This document shows, one piece after another, positions 25,305 to 34,600 of a DNA stretch of 64,000 bases. Under the pieces are notes generated by a model. It was not told the origin of the DNA and searched no databases. It saw only the letters and a list, made by a program, of their open reading frames with translations. The stretch lies in the IMG/VR virus record IMGVR_UViG_3300028392_000029, positions 159,177 through 223,176 of that record; one strand, given 5' to 3'. Position 1 is the first letter of the stretch. Every line of letters starts with the position of its first letter. Made by a program: the position numbers and the translations under genes.

Positions 25305-26039
25305 TTATTTCCTTTCTAGTGCAACGGCCCAGCCGTTGTTTTCAAATATAAATTTGTTACTAATCTTAGTAATATTATAGTTACCGATTATTTTAGTTAA
25401 GAATAATACTTCTGAAATATCTTTACCTTCTAGCATAATAGGACCACTGATACTATTATAAACTTCTGCCCTAGGTCCACTATTAACTATATTAAACTTA
25501 ATTTGTTCACCGTAGACTCTTTTAAATGTAATAGACTCGTCTATTAATTTTAATTCTTCTGCATAACTATTTTTAAAAAACTCACTAAAGTTATTTAATT
25601 TATGCTCTTCGGTTGCGATTGCATATGCATTTCTATCAGTGGGAACCACTGCTGATATATTTTCTTCGTTAGCAACTTCACTTTTAAAACTTTTAAAATA
25701 TCTAAATCGCATGTATTCTAAACCAGTTAGTAATATTATGCCATCTACGATTTCCATTATTTGTCTAGCCACATGCCGATTGCGTTCAAGTTCTACGTAT
25801 ACACGATAGTTGCCATCGTCAGTCTCACCTGGAGTAGCATCGGCATCTAGAACAAATTCATAGCCCATCTCGATAAAGTTTTCTAAATCTTTAGCGGCAT
25901 CTTCTTGATCTACAGTAAAACTCAACACAACAATATCTTCATCGTCGCCAGTTTTACTTTTAAATGAATCAATCTCAAACACTTTTTTAACTAAGTGTTC
26001 TAAATCACCTGCTCTAAGATTTTCTGTAATGTATGTCAT
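25305..26039 (-). CDS. Conserved phage hypothetical protein
   Basis: Start set at MTYITENL (26039); EIDSFKSKTGDDEDIVVLSF. Confidence 0.75.
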   Translation of the reverse strand: MTYITENLRAGDLEHLVKKVFEIDSFKSKTGDDEDIVVLSFTVDQEDAAKDLENFIEMGYEFVLDADATPGETDDGNYRVYVELERNRHVARQIMEIVDGIILLTGLEYMRFRYFKSFKSEVANEENISAVVPTDRNAYAIATEEHKLNNFSEFFKNSYAEELKLIDESITFKRVYGEQIKFNIVNSGPRAEVYNSISGPIMLEGKDISEVLFLTKIIGNYNITKISNKFIFENNGWAVALERK

Positions 26040-26040
26040 A

Positions 26041-26601
26041 TTATGCTGCCGGTGTAGGTGCCGCTCCTGCCGCCGGTGCGCCGGCTGCCGGTGCCGCCGC
26101 TGGTGCTCCTGCCGGTGCTCCACCCGGAGGCGGCGCCGCTGTACTTGGAGATTGTGATTCTTTATATTCGTTCTTCATCTTGTCCATGTAACCTTTGTAT
26201 ACATCAAATGCTAGTTTTTTTGGCATTTTAATTTCTACAATCCAAATAGGATGGCGATCTAATTTACCTTTTTTACTATTGGGTCTTAGATCTTCTTTCG
26301 TTCGTATTTTACGGGGCTCTACTAAGAAATTCTTTTGATAGGAAATTTTACATCCTAAATCAGTTAATCGCTTGCCACCGATGGGATCGGGCATCTTTTC
26401 TTCAGGCCACATGAATCCCACGGTAATCCAATGACGATCTACTTCAGGCCCATAGGCCAATTCGCCTTCTTCCCAGTTTTTGTAAACATACACATCTAGT
26501 TCGTCCAACACCCGTTCGAAATCTTTCAAAACAGCTAAACTACTGTTGTTTTCGTATAGATCCTGTATATTTTGTATAACGTCTAATATGTCGTGGTGCA
26601 T
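26041..26601 (-). CDS. Conserved phage hypothetical protein with an Ala/Pro tail
   Basis: LKDFERVLDELDVYVYKNWEEGEL...MPDPIGG; TAAATA at 26628-26633 upstream. Confidence 0.75.
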   Translation of the reverse strand: MHHDILDVIQNIQDLYENNSSLAVLKDFERVLDELDVYVYKNWEEGELAYGPEVDRHWITVGFMWPEEKMPDPIGGKRLTDLGCKISYQKNFLVEPRKIRTKEDLRPNSKKGKLDRHPIWIVEIKMPKKLAFDVYKGYMDKMKNEYKESQSPSTAAPPPGGAPAGAPAAAPAAGAPAAGAAPTPAA

Positions 26602-26680
26602 GAGTTGATCCTAGAGTCTTCTACACTTATTTAGCTGGTTTAAATCCATAACGTATCAGTTTATAATTCTGTAGATCCGT

Positions 26681-26760
26681 TAAATAATAGTGTAGGACCT
26701 CTGTAGTTATCAAGGCCGGTCACTACAAGTTCTACTTTTATTACAGTAAGAGTAGGAGCA
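26681..26760 (+). promoter_or_regulatory. TAAATA promoter plus a structured phoH leader with alternative anti-SD hairpins
   Basis: GTAGGAC/GTTCTAC plus TGTAGT/ACTACA stem competes with an SD-sequestering TTCTACTTTTA/TAAGAGTAGGA stem. Confidence 0.55.
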
Positions 26761-26767
26761 CAACTAG

Positions 26768-27487
26768 ATGAGTAAACAACGAGTGAAAAAGCGTTTTACA
26801 TCAGAAGTTAACATAATTGACTTTCAACCATATCTTCCTCAAAAGAAACAGCGTGTGAGTCTACATGCACGAAATCCAAATCAAAAAGTATACCTTGACA
26901 AGCTACAAGATGAAACTAAAAGTATCATTTTAGCTATCGGGCCAGCAGGCACGGGTAAAACTATGTTGGCAGTGCAAGTAGGAGTTAAGCTGTATCAAGA
27001 AGGTATTGTTGATAAGATAATTGTAACAAGACCCGCCGTCAGTGTAGATGAAGATTTAGGATTTTTACCAGGTACGCTAAATGAAAAAATGGCACCTTGG
27101 ACTCGTCCTATATTCGACGTTCTAGGAGAGTATTACCAGCAAAAAGACATAGCTAAAATGCTAGAGGATGGAACCATTGAAATAAGCCCACTCGCGTACA
27201 TGCGTGGACGCACATTTAAAAACGCATACATTGTTGCAGATGAATGCCAGAACACCACAGTCAATCAAATGAAAATGTTACTAACTCGTTTAGGCGATGG
27301 TAGTAAGATGGTTGTTACGGGTGACTTGGCTCAGGCTGATCGTGTTAGTGATAATGGTTTAATAGATTTTTGTAACTTACTCTCATCTAAACCTGCTCTA
27401 AAACATATCGACATAGTACAATTTGAAGCTAAAGACATTGAACGCCATAATGCCGTGAAGGAGGTGTTAGCGGTTTATGGAGACTAA
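26768..27487 (+). CDS. phoH: PhoH-family ATPase
   Basis: GPAGTGKT, TRPAV, GFLPG, MRGRTF, DECQN, TGDLAQAD. Confidence 0.95.
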   Translation: MSKQRVKKRFTSEVNIIDFQPYLPQKKQRVSLHARNPNQKVYLDKLQDETKSIILAIGPAGTGKTMLAVQVGVKLYQEGIVDKIIVTRPAVSVDEDLGFLPGTLNEKMAPWTRPIFDVLGEYYQQKDIAKMLEDGTIEISPLAYMRGRTFKNAYIVADECQNTTVNQMKMLLTRLGDGSKMVVTGDLAQADRVSDNGLIDFCNLLSSKPALKHIDIVQFEAKDIERHNAVKEVLAVYGD

Positions 27488-27488
27488 A

Positions 27489-27514
27489 AAATAGGAGCAT
27501 GGACGCTCCTATTT
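27489..27514. terminator. Bidirectional intrinsic terminator between convergent genes
   Basis: AAATAGGAGC-atggac-GCTCCTATTT with A/T tails. Confidence 0.8.
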
Positions 27515-27533
27515 AGAATGTTATAGCAATTTG

Positions 27534-28289
27534 TTACTTGATGGGAAGTTCTATATCGTGGACATCAACGGTATAGGACTTCTTCTCTCTTATGTGACGT
27601 ACCCAACTAGTAAAAGACATTTCTTTAAGATAAGACAGTGAGTTATGTCGTTTGATCATGGATTGTGTAAGCTCGCCTGAAAATGCAGTAATCTCTTCTC
27701 GTTTAAGAGGGATAACTTGTACTAACGGTTCGCCCATCTTGATGACAGTTGTTTTAGGTTGCTTCAACATAATATTAATAGGTTGAATCAATGGTACCTT
27801 ATCATGATCAATGATCCCGGGAATAGCTTCCCAGTTACGTGAGTCGTCATAATAATACATAGGTTGCCAAAACAAACTGTAACCCTTTGCCGCCCACACA
27901 GTCCATGGATTATCAAGTTTAACTGGAGTGCCAAACTTAAATTTATTACCCATGAATCCCTGTAGGGCATCTTTAGGTTGAGCACCTTCTTTATATTTAG
28001 GATGGCTATAGCGGGTAACTACTCTGCCATTCGGACCCGGTTCAATTTCAATATCACACCATGCAGGAATAACAAATCCAGTACTACAGTAATCAATAAT
28101 TCCAGGGCACGATTTAACAGTTTTATCACTGTCAATGGGCTTTGCAGATTTCTTGTAGTACAGCGCCATGTCCTTAAATGCAGGCGGTAAAAACTCGCTT
28201 GCTGGACGGATTGGTGCATGGTGTCTAATAGCCCACTCGTCGCAGGCAAAGTAAATCTGATGCTCAAGTTTTTTCTTAAATGGCCACAT
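27534..28289 (-). CDS. Phage hypothetical protein (possible dUTPase-like beta fold)
   Basis: KSCPGIIDY...GFVIPAW...NPW...PGIIDHD...GEPLVQVIP. Confidence 0.55.
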   Translation of the reverse strand: MWPFKKKLEHQIYFACDEWAIRHHAPIRPASEFLPPAFKDMALYYKKSAKPIDSDKTVKSCPGIIDYCSTGFVIPAWCDIEIEPGPNGRVVTRYSHPKYKEGAQPKDALQGFMGNKFKFGTPVKLDNPWTVWAAKGYSLFWQPMYYYDDSRNWEAIPGIIDHDKVPLIQPINIMLKQPKTTVIKMGEPLVQVIPLKREEITAFSGELTQSMIKRHNSLSYLKEMSFTSWVRHIREKKSYTVDVHDIELPIK

Positions 28290-28291
28290 GA

Positions 28292-29206
28292 TTACAGATG
28301 TCCGAGTCTAATTAGTGTTGCGGCTAGGTTAATCTCTGGATCCATGACTAGTGTATGATCCACAAGACCTTGCTTGATAATGAGAATAGCTTTATCTTGC
28401 TTATCTTCTGCACCAAAGATTTCTACATTGTCATACAGCCAGCGATAAATTTCTTCCATTTCTTCTGGACGAGCTTGACTGCATACAAGTTTACGTGCTT
28501 CAGCAATTTTTCCTGCGGTAAACAATGCTACCATTTCGACCCGATAATCAGTACTGTCAGCCGCTGTTTCTACAATCTTTAGTCTACCGTCCATACTGTT
28601 CATCTGAGCATTATTGATTGTTTTACGCAGGTCTGGATAAGTTGCTTTAACATAGATGTCTAATGTATCTAGATCAAATTCTACATTCTCTTCTACAAGG
28701 ATTGTAGCAACACGAGCTGTAAACTCAGTCAAGTCAGTTTTTTCAATATGCATCTTCTGGCACCTGCTGTGCAACGCCGGAAGTATCTTATTAGGATAGT
28801 TGCAAGTTAGGATAAATCTAACAGAGTTACTGTAGTCTTCCATTAGATTACGTAGTGCAGGTTGTACTGAATTTGGATTCATGAAATCTGCTTCGTCAAT
28901 TAGTACAACTTTAAAATCGCCAAATGGCATAGTTTGACAAAATCCAATCAGTTTGTCGACCCACTCAACCTTACGTGCTTCTTTACTGCCGTTAGCATAT
29001 AGCACATCACAATCTTGCACACCTAACTTGTTAAGCAAAATTTTAGCCAGTGTAGTTTTACCTACACCTGCATTACCACTGAACAATAAGTGAGGAATAC
29101 TTCCTTCCTTGAGCCAACTTTCAATTTGATCACGTTGATGGTCATCTTTGAATACATAACCGTCTAAGGTATCTGGTCGATATTTTTCAACCCATAATTC
29201 TTTCAT
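28292..29206 (-). CDS. Clamp loader AAA+ subunit (RFC small/gp44-like)
   Basis: LWVEKYRP, GNAGVGKT, IDEAD, FILTCNY, SRC; start set at MKELWV. Confidence 0.93.
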   Translation of the reverse strand: MKELWVEKYRPDTLDGYVFKDDHQRDQIESWLKEGSIPHLLFSGNAGVGKTTLAKILLNKLGVQDCDVLYANGSKEARKVEWVDKLIGFCQTMPFGDFKVVLIDEADFMNPNSVQPALRNLMEDYSNSVRFILTCNYPNKILPALHSRCQKMHIEKTDLTEFTARVATILVEENVEFDLDTLDIYVKATYPDLRKTINNAQMNSMDGRLKIVETAADSTDYRVEMVALFTAGKIAEARKLVCSQARPEEMEEIYRWLYDNVEIFGAEDKQDKAILIIKQGLVDHTLVMDPEINLAATLIRLGHL

Positions 29207-29466
29207 ACTAGTTCCTCGGCAATGCCTAATACTTCTGCTACTACTAACAACCACCCGGCCGCTTGTAGATAAGGATTCATTTCTAACCAGCCACCGCCAG
29301 CAAGTGCTAGCCCAGCGGCGATTCTAACGCCACTTTTAATTAGGCTAATATATAAATGTTTTTTTGGATCTGGGTGTGATGATTTAGGACTTTCTGTTGT
29401 ATCAACAGAATCCAAAGCTTCTACTGCTTTTTTAATATCTTCAACTGCTTCAGCATGTGTACTCAT
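29203..29466 (-). CDS. Small membrane protein
   Basis: Start MSTHAE with AAGGAG SD; two hydrophobic helices; ends AEVLGIAEELV. Confidence 0.7.
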   Translation of the reverse strand: MSTHAEAVEDIKKAVEALDSVDTTESPKSSHPDPKKHLYISLIKSGVRIAAGLALAGGGWLEMNPYLQAAGWLLVVAEVLGIAEELV

Positions 29467-29485
29467 TTGACATCTCCTTTTGTGT

Positions 29486-29514
29486 AGTATAAAGGAAAAA
29501 TCAGGATCTGTCAA
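29486..29514 (-). promoter_or_regulatory. sigma70 promoter (TTGACA-N17-TATACT) for the clamp-loader operon
   Basis: Near-consensus hexamers with 17-nt spacing. Confidence 0.8.
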
Positions 29515-29524
29515 GGATCCTGAT
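29495..29524 (-). terminator. Intrinsic terminator after groES
   Basis: ATCAGGATC-cttgaca-GATCCTGAT followed by a T-run on the minus strand. Confidence 0.7.
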
Positions 29525-29534
29525 AGTCAAATAG

Positions 29535-29927
29535 TTACAAACCGGCGGATGGCGGACGGAAGTCGAATTCCGGCGGACTTAGGTCGATAGCAGTCAACCC
29601 AGATGTTATATCGTTTGGCTTTTCATCAGCTGACATTAACATACACTTAATATCAACCCTGTGTATCTTACGCTTGGTTCCATCGGGCTCGACTATTTCA
29701 ATAGCTCTAGTCCAACGACCGTGTTCAAGCAAGATCCATTCACCAACTTTCACATCTTTTTGATCTTTTCCAATAGCGTAGACACGACCCCAACGAGGTT
29801 TGATCCCGCTATCTTTACCATCATCGCTAGGTATGTAAATACCACCGGCGCTGACTTGTTCATCGAAACTCATATCACTGACAAATACATTGTCGCGAAT
29901 AGGAACAATTTTGCCGTAAACAGCCAT
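29535..29927 (-). CDS. groES: GroES-like co-chaperonin
   Basis: PIRDNVFV, SAGGIYIP, GRVYAIG, VKVGEWIL. Confidence 0.85.
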   Translation of the reverse strand: MAVYGKIVPIRDNVFVSDMSFDEQVSAGGIYIPSDDGKDSGIKPRWGRVYAIGKDQKDVKVGEWILLEHGRWTRAIEIVEPDGTKRKIHRVDIKCMLMSADEKPNDITSGLTAIDLSPPEFDFRPPSAGL

Positions 29928-30253
29928 TATTCTTTCCCTTCAGGGTCCATGTCTGCAATATTTTTTACAGTAGTAGCTGTTACAGGTGCAGTTACTTTTG
30001 ACGTAGTTGCTATTTCAGGTGCGGGAGCTGTTCGAACATTAATTTGATCAGGAACACCTACACTAGACTCACGCAACACATCTTCGCGTTTTTTAATGAT
30101 CTGTCCGCCCGGCCCGATCTTGTCGCCACGGGCATTAACACCCATGTTGCCAACAGCTATAGTCATTTCATTTTGGTTGATAAGTTTGTTCATATCAACG
30201 ATTTTACCTTGCATACTGCGATGCACTGTTTTTGGGGCTTCTTTCATTGCCAT
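29927..30253 (-). CDS. Conserved phage hypothetical protein
   Basis: RSMQGKIVDM...AVGNMGVNARGDKIGPGG; GAGGAG SD and a TAAGTA variant upstream. Confidence 0.75.
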   Translation of the reverse strand: MAMKEAPKTVHRSMQGKIVDMNKLINQNEMTIAVGNMGVNARGDKIGPGGQIIKKREDVLRESSVGVPDQINVRTAPAPEIATTSKVTAPVTATTVKNIADMDPEGKE

Positions 30254-30279
30254 ATTAATCTCCTCGATTATACTAGTAC

Positions 30280-30786
30280 TTATCTCAGGAATTCCTGCCA
30301 GTCCAAATTATATTTGACAGAATCCACTTGGTGTACACCTAACACATATAATACATAACTAGCTACGCTAGACCCACGTCCTACACCTCGAACAATATTA
30401 TTAGCTTCGCAAGTGTCAACAAAATACTTTAACCAGCGTAATAAATCTAGCATGTTTCTAGATTTGTATTCTGCCATTTCTTGCATGGCCCTAACAGTGG
30501 ATATTTGAGTCAAACACTTTGAATATACAAATTGTTCAATATCTAGGGTTTTATATTCTTCGGGCATAAACCAGTTTGACTGGCAAGCCTTGTCATAGTC
30601 AGCAACTTCAAAATGGGTTTCATACGGTTCTAAGAATTTAAAACCCAATTGTACTTCTAGTTGTTTAACAGCGTCTGTACGTTCAACGAGTAATGTGTCG
30701 TCGACATTAAATCCGTAATCTTTATATAAAGAATCAAACAGATCTTGTTCTGTAAAAATGGGATTATTATATTTGTCTAAGTGCAT
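30280..30786 (-). CDS. Mini DnaE (DNA Pol III alpha) fragment-like protein
   Basis: YFVD...NIVRGVGRGSSVASYVLYVLGVHQVDSVKYNLDWQEFL matches the DnaE palm GRGS region; start set at MHLDKY. Confidence 0.7.
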   Translation of the reverse strand: MHLDKYNNPIFTEQDLFDSLYKDYGFNVDDTLLVERTDAVKQLEVQLGFKFLEPYETHFEVADYDKACQSNWFMPEEYKTLDIEQFVYSKCLTQISTVRAMQEMAEYKSRNMLDLLRWLKYFVDTCEANNIVRGVGRGSSVASYVLYVLGVHQVDSVKYNLDWQEFLR

Positions 30787-30793
30787 ATACAAC

Positions 30794-30822
30794 AGTTTAA
30801 CTGATATTAATTAGTTTGTCAA
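30794..30822 (-). promoter_or_regulatory. sigma70-type promoter (TTGACA-N17-TAAACT), leaderless
   Basis: ATG 30786 lies 7 nt after the -10 box. Confidence 0.6.
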
Positions 30823-31027
30823 GACCTTTATCTCGACTGTTCATCATTTTGTCGTATTCTGCCGCTTTGCGTTTGCTCAATTCTTCTCGATAAGAATCAA
30901 GTATACTGGACATTTGAGCTTTGACTCCCGGATTAGGAGTCATAAAATACTTACGAGTTAGTTCATTAATTTTGTTTTCTAACTCGGAATCTTTTATACC
31001 GCTCAAATCGTTAACTAACGGATGCAT
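30797..31027 (-). CDS. Hypothetical protein
   Basis: 76-aa helical ORF abutting the structural operon. Confidence 0.7.
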   Translation of the reverse strand: MHPLVNDLSGIKDSELENKINELTRKYFMTPNPGVKAQMSSILDSYREELSKRKAAEYDKMMNSRDKGLDKLINIS

Positions 31028-31028
31028 C

Positions 31029-31613
31029 TTAGTATTCGCCGCTCAGTTTGATATATACGTTAGCTCCGGCATCAACAGACCATGCTTCAATGACTTCAAG
31101 TTTAGTTGAACCAATTGCACCAACTGTGAATGGGCTAAATCCAGTTGCAAAACGCACAACTCCGCCGTTGGCAGTGGCAAATACTGGTGTTCTAACAGCA
31201 ATAGTGTCGCCTTTCAAAATAACTCTAATAATTCCGTATGCAGGTACCGCAGGCCAGCCGGTAAAAGTTAATGTAGCATTTCCTGCGAGTGTAAATTGTT
31301 GTATAGATCCGTTGGCCAAGTTAATATTTGCAGTAGTAGATACAGTTCCACCGGGGTAGAATATACCGTAAAATTGATTATGTGTACCGTTTGTGATAGA
31401 ACTTTGTAACAGATTATTTACTACAGGAGTGGTACCAGTTGCTAGATCTGCTTTTAATAGTGTATTAGTTTGTAGTGCAGTAATTTCAGACTTGGCTACT
31501 CCTAATCCCGCTGAAATAGCAGTAAAGTTGTTACGAAATCCCTGACTATCGTTGTCCTGCCCTGCTACAGGGTAAGTTGTGTTAATTGAGATATAGTTTA
31601 TTTGACTTGTCAT
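31029..31613 (-). CDS. Virion structural protein (tail/baseplate)
   Basis: YPVAGQDNDSQGFRNNF N-terminus, coiled coil, beta-rich C-terminus. Confidence 0.65.
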   Translation of the reverse strand: MTSQINYISINTTYPVAGQDNDSQGFRNNFTAISAGLGVAKSEITALQTNTLLKADLATGTTPVVNNLLQSSITNGTHNQFYGIFYPGGTVSTTANINLANGSIQQFTLAGNATLTFTGWPAVPAYGIIRVILKGDTIAVRTPVFATANGGVVRFATGFSPFTVGAIGSTKLEVIEAWSVDAGANVYIKLSGEY

Positions 31614-34600
31614 ACGGTTATCCTATCATTTCTAAATATAAGGTATTTATCGCCTAGATAACCACTGACAGAATCTATTGTATATCTGTCTACAGTATAA
31701 TCTAATACTTGAAAATCAAATTTACTAAATTTGATGTTTAGCAAAATATCGTTAGCAGTTCCTACTTTACAGAAGCAGATAGGAATAGCTAGGGTATACC
31801 CTTGTTCTTGTTTTTGCCCAGTTTGTATAGTTCTCATCCAAAGCGGCAAATAATTGCGCTCACTTAGTCCTACACCGGATAATCTTGATTGCCAGTTTGC
31901 TATACTATTGGGGAATATCGTATTTGGATTAGGATTAGAGACTTCGTATCCTGTACTGTCGGCTGTTATTATAGGCTCTGGTCGAACAGAATTTGGAGCA
32001 TCTAGATTTAAGACTGCGGCAGAGTTATTCCAGAAATTATTGCTACTATCAACTGTTATAGCATCTGAACTTATTCCAAATTTATTAATTATCTTATTTG
32101 GAAGTTTTCCACTCGCTGGACTTAGCGGGTCTATCATGTTTATATAAATTACTTCGTATAGATCCAACCCTGTAGCAGGATCTACAGCCCTTGACGATGA
32201 CACAGAGCCAAACTGGAATCTTTTACGTTTGTGATTCAATCCCATAGCCCCAATATATGCCGCTGCCTCTTTAGTTTCAATCCCGCCATATACTAGCATT
32301 GATAATGATGATTGAATACCAAAGTTTTGATCATTTATTCTATAAATGCTACTGGGTGTAAAGATGGTTGAGTCATTAATAAATCCCTTCCATATGGCTC
32401 TTTGGTCTTGTTTTAAGAATGGTCGAACTACTATGTTACTATAAGAAGTAGTATTAGGTGTATCAATGGTCAACGTAAATGTTCTAGTACGGGAGCTGTA
32501 ACCAAATTGATCTCGAGCTTCAACAGTAAACTTATACGTATAGTCAAACGTTGCGATACCTTTATCAAACGTAGTGGCACTGGTATCAAATCTAATCAAA
32601 CCCAATGAACCGTTTAACGGATTATAATACTGATTAACTTTACCAATAATTTCTCCGTCAAGATTTAATGTTAGTCCAGGCGGTAGTGCTCCGTCTACGA
32701 TAGAATAGATTACAATAGAATTAGGAACAGATGATACTGCGCTGATGTTTAATGTTGAATAGTAATCTGCATGCAATGTTTCTAAAATACTATTAGTTTT
32801 CCACGTAACAGTACTGTCAATCTCACCGATGATGGTTACTGTAAATGTTTTATATGCAACTGTAGTTTCGCCTTTCTCTCCAATTCTTGTAGCAGTCAGT
32901 GTAAAAGTATAGAGCTTGCTGATAGCAGGTTGATATGGAACTATGCCATATACCTCGCCAGTGCCTGCATCAAATGTAGTACCTGGCGGAAGTTTGCTTA
33001 ATGATCCCATATAAAACGGAACCATATCGGGAAGTGTCATTACTAGCCCAGTTGTTAGAGTTAATCGATATGCGCCACCGCCTAAATCAGCTACTACGGA
33101 AATTCTATATAGTTCACCAGTTGCATTTGGAATATAGTTTGCAAAACTAATGTATTGACCAAATAGCGGCGGACTTGATGCGTTAGTAATAGTTAGACTA
33201 TGACTGCCGATAGTGTTATCTAGATTAGTTAGTTGCTTTGTAATTGCTCGTATTTCTTGATTTGTTGGAGAAAGATTAAAAATAACATTACTATTGTCGT
33301 ATAAGACAATTGGCAGGGTGATATAGTTGTTTGCTCTAAGAACACCTAAGTTTGAATCATTAATCCATACTGGTTCGCGTAAGTATGTTGCATCAGCAGT
33401 AAAATTCCCAGCGCCACCGTCTAACGTTGTTGAGTCTGCACGGAATTGATCTGTACCTACAACAAATATTTTAAAAATTCGTTGAGCATAATTGACACCA
33501 TCAGTTAGTGTTACACGAAATTGATAATTAGAATTGATACTGTTTGGCGGATGTAACGGACTATTGTAGTCATAAAACACTCCATCATACTGATAACTGT
33601 CAAAACCGTCATTGGAAGTAGTACCAAAATCAAATGCCACGCCATCGTAATAGCCATCGTCGTATGTGCCTGAGCCGTCGATCGCTGTGATTTTATAAGT
33701 AGGTAGTATAAATCCCGATAGTCGTCCTGAACTTGACAGCGTAAGTCCTTTAGGTAGTACTCCGTCATCACTGGCTATAAAGTATGTTAGTTTACTACCG
33801 ACTACAGTGTTCAAATCAAATGCTTCAATTTGATAATCAACATGTGTATCGTCAAGTACATATAATTGCTGGTGGACTCCGATCGGCAATGGTCCAGCGG
33901 CAGTTACAAAAACTGGTATATTAGAACCTGTAATAGTTATAGTAAAAGTTCTATCGGCTATATCTGTTCCGTTTGTAGCTCTGATACAAAATTTATAAGT
34001 TGTATCGTTACTAACAATGTATGGACTTCCAGTAATTGTGCTACTTTGTAGTATCAATCCAGGCGGTAATGATCCACTAATCACTGTAAATGTTATTCCA
34101 GCAGTATCGGACAATGGAGGAGGACTAGTGCTAGGTGATCGAGCAACTATGCTTGGAACAGCGCCTGAAATAAGGTCTGCACGTTCTACTGCTACAAATG
34201 CATCAGCCTGCATGTGTACTGTATCAGTATTGCGTAAAATTATATCAGATAAGGTAGCACTATTAATCCAAGTTAAATCTGTTGGATTCCATGGTTGATT
34301 TTGATACCAAGATTGATCACCATCTCGTAATCGAATCATTTGATCTGCTATGATAGCACGGAATGTCGGGCCTACCATTGCTCCTGGATAGCGATCCTCT
34401 GCAAGACCACCAACCCATAGATCTATGTCATTGATATTAACATAAGCTGACTGTAATGCATTGGCTACAGTTACATCGCTAGTAATTTGACTAAAGCTAG
34501 TATATGCTGAAAATCCTAATGCTATACGCATTTGATTTAAACTTGGAAGACCTAAGTCACGCCCACGCTGTATATTTGTTGCGGCAAGATCTAATGCTGC

